Positions 1 through 9,847 of a DNA stretch of 64,000 bases are shown piece after piece. The position numbers were made by a program, and so were the translations under genes. Origin of the DNA: Candidatus Pacearchaeota archaeon (GTDB lineage Archaea > Nanobdellota > Nanobdellia > Pacearchaeales > UBA284). Below the pieces are notes generated by a model. It saw only the letters and a program-made list of their open reading frames with translations. It searched no databases and was not told the origin of the DNA. The stretch covers positions 5,464 through 69,463 of the forward strand of contig JAPLYB010000040.1 of assembly GCA_026395795.1 (NCBI GenBank). Reading direction: 5' to 3'. How positions within the stretch are numbered: position 1 is the stretch's first letter; every line of letters starts with the position of its first letter.

Positions 1-248
1 CTCGTAACAGATCAAGTATATTCTGATTTTTTATCATCAGAAGATTATGAACAAGGAAAACAAAAATCTTTTTCAATGGTTGGAGGGGATATCATAAAAT
101 ACTGGAGCAAATGCATCTTTGAGTTGGAAAATCTCGGGCATGGAAGAAAACGAATTTCAATAAAGAAACATCGAAGCCTTCCTGAGAAGAAACTCGAGTT
201 CGAAATTATTGATGAGGGCATAAAGAAGCCAAAATTCAAGTTATTCTG
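1..248 (+). CDS. 3' end of a gene truncated by the window edge (hypothetical protein)
   Basis: Frame-1 ORF runs open from base 1 to TGA at 246-248; Lys/Glu-rich C-terminus; not in ORF track because there is no Met within the window. Confidence 0.35.
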
Positions 249-392
249 AAAATCTGCATAAACAATTCTTTAGCAAGAGATATTATTTATTATTAATTAT
301 GTATAGTACAATAAATAGTTATCAAGATATCATTATGGTATTAAATCATATTCAACACAAAATATTTAAGAAATGTTAAATATTGAAGAATC

Positions 393-1562
393 ATGGCAGA
401 AATAGCAGAATGGGATTTTCCAGTTCTTAAATTTGGCACAGAAGAAAAAGAGTGTATTGTTATCCAAGGAGGGATGGGTGTAGGAGTATCCAAAAATAGG
501 CTTGTTTCTGCTGTTGCTAATGAAGGAGCTATAGGAGTAATCGCTGCAGTAGGTCTTGATGTATTAAGAGATTGGGAACAGACAAGAGAATCAGGCGCAA
601 TGGCACTCAAAGAGGAAATAAAACTAACTCGTTCGATGATGATAAAAGGAAAGGACTGTCTTGGAGTCAATATCATGTATGCGCTTTCAAATTACAAGGA
701 TTTAGTTAGGGCATCACTCGAAGAAGAAGTTGATGTTATTTTTTTAGGAGCGGGAGTTTCTAGAAATTTACCTCGTTATGCTATAGAAATTGGAAACACC
801 CACACAAAATTAGTTCCCATTGTTTCTTCTGCAAGACTAGCAAAGATCGTATGTGAAGATTGGGGGGATAGATATGGTCGTCTTCCAGATGCGATTGTAC
901 TCGAAGGTCCGAAAGCAGGGGGGCATCTAGGTTTTCATAGATACAATCCAAAAAAGCCATTGTTAACAGATAATCTTGATAATCCTGATTTTGTTTCTCA
1001 TGGATTAGAAAGACTTATACCTGAAGTTGTTGAAGCAGTTAAACCATTTGAAACTGAAAGAAAAATCCCAATAATAGTAGCAGGTGGAATTTTTTATGGC
1101 GGAGACATCAAAAAAGTCCGTGATCTAGGAGCCGCAGGAGTCCAGATGGCAACTAGATTTGTAACAACTTATGAATGTGATGCAAGCAAGGAATTTAAGC
1201 AAGCATATCTTGATTGCAAAAAAGAGGACATTGTAGTAACAGACAGCCCTGTTGGGATGCCTATAAGAGTTATTAAAAATAAATTTATAGATAAAGCTAT
1301 AGATGAAGTTATAGCCGGAACAAGAAAACCCATAGACTTCTGTCCTTATCAGTGTCTTAAAACCTGCAATCCTAAAAATCCTGCAAAATCACCTTACTGC
1401 ATCGCTCGCGCACTAGTCGCAGCACAAACAGGAGATTTTGATAATGGTTTTGCATGTGCAGGCTTAAACGCAGATTTATGTGGTGCTGATGGAATGAAAT
1501 CAGTTCATGAACTTTTTAAAAGATTAAAGCAAGAATATAAAGAAGGAAAGAGAAGGGACTAA
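393..1562 (+). CDS. FMN-dependent nitronate monooxygenase / enoyl-ACP reductase II-like (NMO family) oxidoreductase
   Basis: GGMGVGVS glycine-rich FMN motif near N-terminus, EGPKAGGHLG motif mid-protein, 389 aa TIM-barrel-like length. Confidence 0.65.
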   Translation: MAEIAEWDFPVLKFGTEEKECIVIQGGMGVGVSKNRLVSAVANEGAIGVIAAVGLDVLRDWEQTRESGAMALKEEIKLTRSMMIKGKDCLGVNIMYALSNYKDLVRASLEEEVDVIFLGAGVSRNLPRYAIEIGNTHTKLVPIVSSARLAKIVCEDWGDRYGRLPDAIVLEGPKAGGHLGFHRYNPKKPLLTDNLDNPDFVSHGLERLIPEVVEAVKPFETERKIPIIVAGGIFYGGDIKKVRDLGAAGVQMATRFVTTYECDASKEFKQAYLDCKKEDIVVTDSPVGMPIRVIKNKFIDKAIDEVIAGTRKPIDFCPYQCLKTCNPKNPAKSPYCIARALVAAQTGDFDNGFACAGLNADLCGADGMKSVHELFKRLKQEYKEGKRRD

Positions 1563-3034
1563 GTTGCTTTCTTGATAACTCTTCTTGAATACTCTCTATT
1601 ATCTTTTGCTCTTTTGTAAGCATGACCCACATATTTTTCAATATCTCCTAAAAGAATAGAAGATTCTTTTTTTGGAAGTGAGCCAAAAAATTCTCTAAAC
1701 TCATCATCTCTGAGACATATATTCAATAATCCTTTCTTCTTAGTTTTTGCTTCTTTGGCCATAACTTTAACAAAATTATGTCCTTCTCCATACTCAGAAT
1801 GGATAAATTGCCTTGCTCTTAATATGGCAGTCATGGCTTCTGTAGAATTCTCTCTAACATAAGCTAAATTTGCTTGCATTTTATCTGCATTTATTGAAAA
1901 TTGTCCGAGCTCTTTGTATAATCTCGAGAAAGCTTCATATGTCTGGACCATCATAGTCTGTGGTTGATATCTTCCTTGTACAGAGTTTCTTAAATCTCTT
2001 CCAAGATTAGAATCGAGCATTGCATGCAGAACATGCATGCCGCTTGCAATAACTTCTGCTTTTCCCGCAATATTTTCCCAGTTTATTGGATTATTTTTTC
2101 CAGCATCTGCACTTGAGCCCCCTAACCGAGCTGCATCTTTTCTAGAATTAACTTCTCCAACAGCAGAAGAGTAAAGAATTCTCATATCATTTGCAAAATT
2201 TCCTAAAACCTTGGCTAATAATGTTATTCCTTCTCCAGCTAAGCATAATTTCTCTCTTCCAGTTATTTGCGTTGCAGTATAATCTGGTTTTAATCCAAGT
2301 TTTTTCAGAACAGCTTTCTCAAACTTTAATGATTTGCCTTCTCCTATAACCATATCGACACTAGCGCCAGTTCCAACTATTCCAGAAACTTTTCCACGAA
2401 GATCATTAAAAGATCTATCACAATATTCTACCATCTCAGCAAATCTTCTAGCATATCCTGCTAAGGTCATTGAAAATGGAACAGGAGACGTATCTTGTAG
2501 ATGTGTTCTTCCGACCTGTAGAATATTTTCTTTCTCACTCAATTCAGAAAGCTGGCATATTTTCTCTATTCCTTCACATACCTTTCCTCTTATTTTTTCA
2601 AACCAAGCTTTCTTTAATAAATACGCTCTTAAAGTATCAACAATATCATAAGACGTTGTTCCAGGATGCAACAGCGCTTTTGTTTCAAGGGGGACATGTC
2701 TTCCTATTTCATCTATAACTGCAATTTGATCATGATGAGTTACTTCATCTTCAATCAATAAAGCATTTAATGGATCAAATTTATCTAGGCTGGCTTTTAC
2801 TCGTCTCACATGTTTCCTTTCTGCTTTTCCGAATTCTGCTCTTGTTTCTAAAAGAACATATTGAATGTATGCTGCAGTTTTTATTTCAGCCTCATAGCTT
2901 AAATAATCCGCCAAGGCATTTGTAGCAAAAGTATATCTTGCATCGTCTGGAGAAATGCATCTTAGTGCATCCCTTCTTTTTCGGACATCTCGTTTCTTTA
3001 ATCTACCAACAAGATTTAAACTCTTTTTAGCCAT
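1559..3034 (-). CDS. purB: adenylosuccinate lyase (fumarate-lyase superfamily)
   Basis: Fumarate-lyase-like GSSA..GKNNP signature region, ~490 aa, directly downstream of purA in the same operon. Confidence 0.7.
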   Translation of the reverse strand: MAKKSLNLVGRLKKRDVRKRRDALRCISPDDARYTFATNALADYLSYEAEIKTAAYIQYVLLETRAEFGKAERKHVRRVKASLDKFDPLNALLIEDEVTHHDQIAVIDEIGRHVPLETKALLHPGTTSYDIVDTLRAYLLKKAWFEKIRGKVCEGIEKICQLSELSEKENILQVGRTHLQDTSPVPFSMTLAGYARRFAEMVEYCDRSFNDLRGKVSGIVGTGASVDMVIGEGKSLKFEKAVLKKLGLKPDYTATQITGREKLCLAGEGITLLAKVLGNFANDMRILYSSAVGEVNSRKDAARLGGSSADAGKNNPINWENIAGKAEVIASGMHVLHAMLDSNLGRDLRNSVQGRYQPQTMMVQTYEAFSRLYKELGQFSINADKMQANLAYVRENSTEAMTAILRARQFIHSEYGEGHNFVKVMAKEAKTKKKGLLNICLRDDEFREFFGSLPKKESSILLGDIEKYVGHAYKRAKDNREYSRRVIKKAT

Positions 3035-3080
3035 TTTTCCTCAATCTTTTTATCTTTTTAATATTTATTGCGATATTCTA

Positions 3081-4382
3081 CTACCACGTTGCAATCTGAT
3101 CTCTTCTAGGTCCAACCCTAATTGCACTTATTGGCACATCAAGTCTATTTTGGAGAAAGTTCAAGTAAGCTAGAGCATTATCTGGGAGATTATGAATTTT
3201 TCTAACAGAAGAAATATCTTCATTCCAACCATCAAACCTTTCATATACTGGTTTCACCAAACCTAATATATTCATCGGATATTTTACTCCTCTTCCACCA
3301 ATTTCATGACTTACCGCGACTTTTATAACAGATTCTCCGTTTAAAACATCTAATTTTGTTAACACAAATTCAGTAATCCCGTTTAATTTAAATGCATACT
3401 CAAGCAAAGGTAGATCCAGCCAGCCGCAATCTCTTCTTCTTCCTGTTGTCGCACCGAATTCTTTTCCCTTTTCTTGTAATCTCGTGCCAATCTTGCCATC
3501 ATCACCACTCATACCAGTTAATTTAGTTGGGAAAGGTCCTAATCCAACTCTTGTTGTGTATGCTTTAACAATCCCTATAATCCTGTCAAAATTAATTCCA
3601 TTTTCACCCGGTGCAACACCAAGGCTGGTGTAAAATCCCCCGAGTATCGTATTTGAACTAGTAACATCTGGGTAAGTTCCATGATCCTTGTCTAATAGGG
3701 CACCTTGTGCACCCTCTGCTAAGATCGCACCATTATGCGCAAAAAGGGCATCTCTTACCCCCTCAGAAAAAAAGGAATTTAAAAAATCTCTTTCAGCAAG
3801 TAATGGGTCCATGACAGATTCCAAACTAACTGGATTAGCGCCATAAAACTTTAGAACATGATTCTTAAATGCAAGATTTTTTTTAATTTTTTCTTCCAAA
3901 TCATTCTTTGATAAATAGTGAAGATCGGCCATGTCCAAACCGATTCTTTCACATTTGTCTGCATAAGTTGGTCCAATTGCTTTTTTTGTTGTTCCGATTT
4001 GTATTAGTCCAGTAGCACCAACTGTTTCTCTTGCCCCTTCTATAGCTAAATTATAGCCCATAATGATGCCAGCATTTCCAATCATTAAATTATCAGGATT
4101 TATTTCAATTCCCCTCTGTTGCAAATCCCTTATCTCTTGGCGTAAAAGTGTAGGATCAATCACGACATTATTCCCTAGAATGTTTATTGTTCCTTTAGTA
4201 AGAATTCCCGAAGGAAGCTGATGGAGAACATATTTTTCTCCCTGATCATCAATAACAGTGTGCCCCGCATTTGGTCCACCTTGAAATCTCACAACAACTT
4301 TATGGTCTCTTGCTTCTTTATCTACTTGGGCTCCCTTTCCCTCATCTCCCCATTGGGCCCCCACAATTACTGTGTTGACCAT
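3081..4382 (-). CDS. purA: adenylosuccinate synthetase
   Basis: N-terminal GAQWGDEGKG P-loop signature, GHTV motif, 433 aa. Confidence 0.9.
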   Translation of the reverse strand: MVNTVIVGAQWGDEGKGAQVDKEARDHKVVVRFQGGPNAGHTVIDDQGEKYVLHQLPSGILTKGTINILGNNVVIDPTLLRQEIRDLQQRGIEINPDNLMIGNAGIIMGYNLAIEGARETVGATGLIQIGTTKKAIGPTYADKCERIGLDMADLHYLSKNDLEEKIKKNLAFKNHVLKFYGANPVSLESVMDPLLAERDFLNSFFSEGVRDALFAHNGAILAEGAQGALLDKDHGTYPDVTSSNTILGGFYTSLGVAPGENGINFDRIIGIVKAYTTRVGLGPFPTKLTGMSGDDGKIGTRLQEKGKEFGATTGRRRDCGWLDLPLLEYAFKLNGITEFVLTKLDVLNGESVIKVAVSHEIGGRGVKYPMNILGLVKPVYERFDGWNEDISSVRKIHNLPDNALAYLNFLQNRLDVPISAIRVGPRRDQIATW

Positions 4383-4384
4383 TT

Positions 4385-5311
4385 TTATGCCACCTTCTCA
4401 TATCGATTTATTGGCTTAGCATATCTAACAGTTCCATCTCTTCCAATTTCTCTTCCTGCAAGAGAAACCCTGCAATCTTCTGGTGGATTTCCATAAAATG
4501 TTTTTAATGAATCCCAGAATGTCTGCATAACTTGTTCTAATGTCCCTTTCATCGGAACAAGCAATGGCTCTCCTGAGAATGATGGCAAAGTCGCAGCTCC
4601 AGGCATATAAGTTGTTAAGCAATAGCCAAAACCAGGTTCAACTGGCCTTGCAAATTCATCATATAACGTAGGGAATTCACGTCTGTTTAATCCCGCTCTT
4701 CCATCAATTTCATTTAGATACAAATCATTTCTTTCTGTATCTTTTTTGTCTGGGAACGCAATTTTAAAAGATTCCCTAGTCACGCCAGCAACATTTGCCA
4801 ATCTTTCGGATTTCATCCAATGTTCTCTAGCAAAAGGATTTGCTTTCAACACAGAAAGGAGAACTAGGTTCATATCATCTTTACCCATCTCCTCTACGAG
4901 CTGACAACCAGTAATTCTTGGAGTAAAATTTGACGCATCTGGTTCGCAATATCTTTGTCTAAGAGTATTGAAGAATAACTGTCCCTTATCTAATATATAA
5001 GAAACTGCGGGATCTTCAAAAACATTGTTTGTTTGATCTCCGTTACTGACAACATACAATCCGTGATCAGATCTCATCACATTGTAAATAATCAATCTCG
5101 GATCTTCAACTTTACCAGGATCAGCCGCTTCTGTTCTTAATATCCCATTTTTAAGAACGTAAACTCTATTTCTGCTATTCCCACTTCTTCCCATAATCCA
5201 AGCAATTTGCATTCCTAACCCCTGTTCATTTACTCCAAGAACAATTCCCCTACAAGGGTTATCAACAAGATGCGTCTCTAGATTATGTTTTGCTACTTCT
5301 ATTAATCCCAT
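4385..5311 (-). CDS. purO: archaeal IMP cyclohydrolase (PurO-like) with ~100 aa C-terminal extension
   Basis: Segments resembling M. jannaschii PurO as recalled (CRGIVLG..., MGRSGNSRNR, YNVMRSDHGLYVVSNG, FTPRITGCQL); located between purC and purA. Confidence 0.6.
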   Translation of the reverse strand: MGLIEVAKHNLETHLVDNPCRGIVLGVNEQGLGMQIAWIMGRSGNSRNRVYVLKNGILRTEAADPGKVEDPRLIIYNVMRSDHGLYVVSNGDQTNNVFEDPAVSYILDKGQLFFNTLRQRYCEPDASNFTPRITGCQLVEEMGKDDMNLVLLSVLKANPFAREHWMKSERLANVAGVTRESFKIAFPDKKDTERNDLYLNEIDGRAGLNRREFPTLYDEFARPVEPGFGYCLTTYMPGAATLPSFSGEPLLVPMKGTLEQVMQTFWDSLKTFYGNPPEDCRVSLAGREIGRDGTVRYAKPINRYEKVA

Positions 5312-5312
5312 T

Positions 5313-6392
5313 TTATTTCAACATCCCTCTTTTATCAAGTGCAGCAATTACTCTCTCTCTGACAGGATCAGTTGTTATTAGCATCTGTGTTCCAGTTATC
5401 GCTTCTCTCATGTCTCCATATAATTTTACTCCTGTTCTTATAACTTCATCAGGCATCCAATATTTACTGAGTAAATCCTTGTCTAAATGAAGTTTTAACA
5501 TTTCAATGTAATCTCTAAAATGTTGTTTGTCACGCTGAACAGCAACAAATAAATTCTTACTAGGATCATATCTATACTCTTCAGCACTCCAAAATCTAGA
5601 AGAATCAGGAGTGACGCATTCATCAATCAAAGCAATACTTCCATCTGGAAGATATCCAAATTCCCATTTTGTGTCTGCAAGCAAATTTCCTGTTGCTAAA
5701 AGCTCTCGGTTAATCAATTGATACAACTTCCTCGCTGCATTTGTTATAACATCCAAGTCTTCTGGTTTCCTTAATCCAAATGCTTGGTAATTCCTTCTTA
5801 TCATATCTAAAGTTATTGGAGGGTCATCTTTTTCAGGGTTTAATCCGGCAAATTCCGGGATTGGAAAGTCTTTCGCTTGCCCCTTTGCAGTCGGAGTTAT
5901 TATTACACTGTCAAGTCTCGCATTTTTGCAATATCCTGGTCTAAGAGGCACTCCACAGAAGTTCACTCCTTTGTCTGGACCTTCTGCTTGGAGATACGCT
6001 TTCCATCCAGATCCTGTGAGATAAGCACGCAAAACCATTTCCACTAAAATTGGTTCTGCTCTTCGAACAATCCAGGCATTTGGCCCAATTGTTTCCAAAT
6101 AATGATTTGGAATAATTCCACTTGTAAGTTCAAAGAAATGAGAAGATATTGCATCTAGATTTTCTCCCTTGCCATAAACCCTTCTTGGATGCACAACATC
6201 ATGAGTAGAAAGATTATCACTTGAAACCATCAATAACAGACCATCTCCTTCTTTTTTCCCGATGTCGTAGACAGTTCTAACCTTGCCCATCTTTGGGGTT
6301 GTTCCAGGAACAATGCGAACTTTTGTAAAAGTGTCTCTAGCTAATGTATTATCCAAAATATCTGGTGTTAATAGTGCTTCATCAATTGGCAT
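5313..6392 (-). CDS. purC: SAICAR synthetase (long type)
   Basis: GKVRTVYD ... SSDNLSTHDVV motifs typical of PurC; 359 aa. Confidence 0.7.
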   Translation of the reverse strand: MPIDEALLTPDILDNTLARDTFTKVRIVPGTTPKMGKVRTVYDIGKKEGDGLLLMVSSDNLSTHDVVHPRRVYGKGENLDAISSHFFELTSGIIPNHYLETIGPNAWIVRRAEPILVEMVLRAYLTGSGWKAYLQAEGPDKGVNFCGVPLRPGYCKNARLDSVIITPTAKGQAKDFPIPEFAGLNPEKDDPPITLDMIRRNYQAFGLRKPEDLDVITNAARKLYQLINRELLATGNLLADTKWEFGYLPDGSIALIDECVTPDSSRFWSAEEYRYDPSKNLFVAVQRDKQHFRDYIEMLKLHLDKDLLSKYWMPDEVIRTGVKLYGDMREAITGTQMLITTDPVRERVIAALDKRGMLK

Positions 6393-6417
6393 TTTTTATG
6401 TTTCCTTATTTTAAAAT

Positions 6418-7350
6418 CTAATTTTCAATTTCTCCATTTACCATAACAAATCCAGGATGTTGGTTCAATTTTTCAACGCGAGTTTGTCGTTTCTCTTCTA
6501 TTAATTGAATTGCATGCTTATTTCTGATTAATTGTGCAGCTACAATTGCCGCATTAACAGGGAATAAAGATGTTGTCATACCAGTACAGCTCATCCCACC
6601 CATCTCCCTCATTATTCTTTCATAAAATGAAACATCTGCATATATAAGATCAACAGAATAAACAATTTGAATTCCCCCACTTCCTGCAATAGCCCTATCA
6701 AACTTTTTTAATAGTGGGCAAACACCTTGACTGAGTGGGCTGATAACAACCCCTCCATCAGACTCAAGAGCAGATTGATCACGATAAGAAAAAGGGATAT
6801 TAAATTCATTAAGAACTTCTTCTAATTTAAGACAAAAATCTGGTAAAAATCGTCTAGTTTGTTCTGGTATGCCCACTGTTTCTGCTTCTTCAACGCTTGC
6901 TCTATGCATAAATCTGTAAGCAATTTCTAATGCAGCATCTGTGTTGTTCAATCCGACTGTAAAAACAGGATTATAAGGTGGTTTCTCAACAGTTGAAAGA
7001 AAAGCAGTCAATCCTGCAGAACTATTATCTGCTATAGGAACTCCGATTACTAAGTCCTGTAATCTTGCGTATTGAGCTTTACAAACTCCCGTTAAAACAT
7101 TAGACATTCCCGCTCCATTTATAAAAAAAACTCCTTCGTATCCATGATCCTTTGGACTTAGTCTCGATAATATTGCACCTGCTTTTTCAGGAGTATTGTC
7201 CGCAGAAGCATATTGAACAACTATTCTAATTTCAGGATATCGATCAGTAAACTGTTTTATTCCGGGAAGAATGTTGTTCTCATCACTCGTAGAGCCAAAA
7301 GTTACGCAATATATTTCTGGAGTCTTTGTTTCTGTTCTATGTTCACTCAT
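6418..7350 (-). CDS. purE: PurE-like AIR carboxylase (N-terminal PurE domain plus degenerate second domain)
   Basis: GSTSD, SADNTPEKA (cf. SAHRTP), INGAGMSNVLTG (cf. AGGAAHLPG), VIGVPI motifs; 310 aa suggests a tandem-domain archaeal form. Confidence 0.6.
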   Translation of the reverse strand: MSEHRTETKTPEIYCVTFGSTSDENNILPGIKQFTDRYPEIRIVVQYASADNTPEKAGAILSRLSPKDHGYEGVFFINGAGMSNVLTGVCKAQYARLQDLVIGVPIADNSSAGLTAFLSTVEKPPYNPVFTVGLNNTDAALEIAYRFMHRASVEEAETVGIPEQTRRFLPDFCLKLEEVLNEFNIPFSYRDQSALESDGGVVISPLSQGVCPLLKKFDRAIAGSGGIQIVYSVDLIYADVSFYERIMREMGGMSCTGMTTSLFPVNAAIVAAQLIRNKHAIQLIEEKRQTRVEKLNQHPGFVMVNGEIEN

Positions 7351-7416
7351 TTTTCAAGGTTAACCCTGTTTCTCCAGATTATCCCTAGCATTTAGATATT
7401 TAAAGATTATTGTGCA

Positions 7417-7435
7417 CGAAAATGTACAATTTTCG
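7417..7435. promoter_or_regulatory. perfect 7-5-7 palindrome cgaaaat-gtaca-attttcg upstream of purE operon start
   Basis: Seen directly in sequence ~70 nt upstream of purE ATG (7350) on the minus strand. Confidence 0.3.
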
Positions 7436-7530
7436 GCATGCAAAAAATCATTAAAGATTATTGCAGGAGAAAACAACTGTTAGAAATAATAAAGGGATAT
7501 ACAAAAAATTAAAAAATCAGTTTTATAAAA

Positions 7531-9813
7531 TTATATCTTTTTTGCCGTTTTCTTTTCTTTCACCACAGTCTTCTTTACAGTTTCTTTCTTCATTTTTTTC
7601 ACTTTTTCTGGCTTCTTCACTTTTTCTTCTTTTTTCACATCTTTACTTTCTTCAGGCTTCTTTTCTTCTTTGACTTGCCAACAATTTGGATTTATACAGA
7701 AATACCATGGAAGGCGCGACTTCTTTATCAAAACAAGCTGCGGCTGTCCGCACTTTTCACATTTTTTTTCAGAAACCTTGATCATTCCAAATTGAGGAAG
7801 AGGGAAAGTTGTCTTGCAGTCTGGATATTTATCACAGCCAGCAAATCTCTTGCCTTTTCTGCTTCTTAGCATAATAAGGTTTCCTTGTTTGCAAACAGGG
7901 CATGTATAAAGCTTGCTTGATTCTTTTTTTTGTTGCTCAACATGTTTTGTTGCCTCAAGAAGTTCTTTTCCAATTACTTCTTCGTTTTTTTTAAATTGCT
8001 CGGATATTTTAATGATTATGTTCTTTGCTTCTTCAATTATATTTTCTTCGTCTTTCTTCATTTCCTGTTCTGTTTTTTCATCTAATATCTTCTCTGTTTT
8101 TTCTTCAAATCCCCTCGTAAGATTTTCATCAAGAATCAAAGGCGAGTGTTTCTCAAGAGAATCAACAGTTGCAATCCCAAGTTCAGTTGCTTGAATCTGA
8201 GTTCCGGTTATATATCCTCGTTTATATAGGGTATCGACAATCATCGCCCTCGTTGTTTTTGTTCCTAAGTTTCTCTTTTCAAGTTCAGAAACAAGAGAGG
8301 CAGCTGAGAATCTTCTAGGCGGTTCTGTCATTTTTTCTTCAAGCCTAGCTTCTTTCACAATGACCTCTCCATTTAAAACAGGAAGATTTTGTTCATGCAA
8401 TTTATAAGGATAAATATTGAGCCATCCTTGTTCTACTATCTTCTTTCCACTTGCAAAGAATTGTTTCTCTCCAACAGTCACTGTGATCTTTCTATCTTCA
8501 ATCAAAGCATCTTTAGCAAAACAAGCTAAAAACCTTTTAACAATCAAGTCATAAATTCTTTTCTCATCTCCAGTAATCTTTCCTTGTTCTCCTGTTGGGA
8601 AAATAGCCGGATGTGCAGGATCACTTTTAAATCCTTCAACAGGTCTGTTTCTTCTTCCTTCATCCAAGTATTTCATAAGTTTTGGAAATGCTTTTTCAAG
8701 TTTGTCTAAAATTCTATTATATCCTATTGTTGGTGGAAGTTTTTGAGAAGATGTTCTAGGATACGAAATCAAACCATGTAAATACAACTTCTGTGCTATT
8801 GCAAGTGTTTGAGCTGGACTGAATCCAAAGAATTTGTAGCTTTCCATTTGTAAAGCCGTAAGATCAAACGGTGGAAATGGCCTCAACGGATTTTTAACAG
8901 TTTCGGTAACAGCTTGTCCTTTCTTTCCATTTAATCTCAAGAATTTATCAGCTTCTTCTTGCGATGTTATATTCTCTGGAAATTTAACTTCAACAACTGT
9001 CTCAACAGCTTTTCCATCACCAACAGAAAGAAAAACCTGCCAGTAAGGTGTTGGTTTGAATGCCTGAATTTCTTTTTCTTTTTTTACAAGAAGAGCAAGA
9101 GTAGGCCCTTGTACTCTTCCAATACTCATAATCTTGAATGCTCCAGCAGCTTGAACAGCCTGCATTAAAGCTCTTGAGAGATTGATTCCATAGAACCAGT
9201 CAAGATAATGTCTTGTTTCTCCAGCATATGCTTGTCCAAAATTAATGTGCTCCATCATAGAATCAAAACTATTTGTCAAATCCCATTTTGTTAAAGCAGA
9301 AAACTTCATTCTTCTTGCATTCTCTGTTTTTGCAATAAATTTCAAGACATTATATCCAATTAATTCTCCTTCAATATCATAATCAGTTGCAAGTATGTAT
9401 CCATCTGCATTTTTCACAAGAATCTTCATAGCTGTAACATATTTTCTTGAGAATCCTTCTTTTTCTTGCCATTCAATATTAAACATTGGCCATGTTTTGC
9501 TTGTCTCAATCTGTTTTAATCCGTAAAGATGACCGACAGCAGAGGCAATAACATAACTCTTGCCCTTATGATCTAGCTCCCAGTAAGGAACACCATAGAT
9601 GTTTTTCTTAATAGGAGAACCGTCTGCAAGAGAAAACGCAAGCTTAGCTGCTGCGGCAGGTTTTTCTGCGATTATAAGAGTGTATTTCCTAGAAGTTGCT
9701 ACAGGAACTGTTGAATCAGAAATTGGTTCAGTTTTTTCAATAGATGTTTCATTACTTATTTTATTATCAATTACTTCAATCTCATTTTTCTTGAGCAATT
9801 TCTTTTTTGGCAT
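7531..9813 (-). CDS. topA: DNA topoisomerase, type IA (Topo III-like) with two C-terminal zinc ribbons and Lys-rich tail
   Basis: TOPRIM IIAEKP, active-site GLISYPRTSS tyrosine motif, CxxC...CxxC ribbons, KKEEKVKKPEKVKK tail. Confidence 0.85.
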   Translation of the reverse strand: MPKKKLLKKNEIEVIDNKISNETSIEKTEPISDSTVPVATSRKYTLIIAEKPAAAAKLAFSLADGSPIKKNIYGVPYWELDHKGKSYVIASAVGHLYGLKQIETSKTWPMFNIEWQEKEGFSRKYVTAMKILVKNADGYILATDYDIEGELIGYNVLKFIAKTENARRMKFSALTKWDLTNSFDSMMEHINFGQAYAGETRHYLDWFYGINLSRALMQAVQAAGAFKIMSIGRVQGPTLALLVKKEKEIQAFKPTPYWQVFLSVGDGKAVETVVEVKFPENITSQEEADKFLRLNGKKGQAVTETVKNPLRPFPPFDLTALQMESYKFFGFSPAQTLAIAQKLYLHGLISYPRTSSQKLPPTIGYNRILDKLEKAFPKLMKYLDEGRRNRPVEGFKSDPAHPAIFPTGEQGKITGDEKRIYDLIVKRFLACFAKDALIEDRKITVTVGEKQFFASGKKIVEQGWLNIYPYKLHEQNLPVLNGEVIVKEARLEEKMTEPPRRFSAASLVSELEKRNLGTKTTRAMIVDTLYKRGYITGTQIQATELGIATVDSLEKHSPLILDENLTRGFEEKTEKILDEKTEQEMKKDEENIIEEAKNIIIKISEQFKKNEEVIGKELLEATKHVEQQKKESSKLYTCPVCKQGNLIMLRSRKGKRFAGCDKYPDCKTTFPLPQFGMIKVSEKKCEKCGQPQLVLIKKSRLPWYFCINPNCWQVKEEKKPEESKDVKKEEKVKKPEKVKKMKKETVKKTVVKEKKTAKKI

Positions 9814-9847
9814 GATTGTTTTAGAAGTAAGAGGTTAAAAATGTTTT

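Noticed and set aside
341-676. 111-aa minus-strand ORF
   Set aside because: Lies entirely antisense within and upstream of the well-supported NMO-family gene; no motifs; likely spurious.
2334-2718. Short plus-strand ORFs inside purB (and similar small antisense ORFs inside topA, the giant genes, etc.)
   Set aside because: All nested antisense within long, motif-supported genes; expected by chance in AT-rich DNA.
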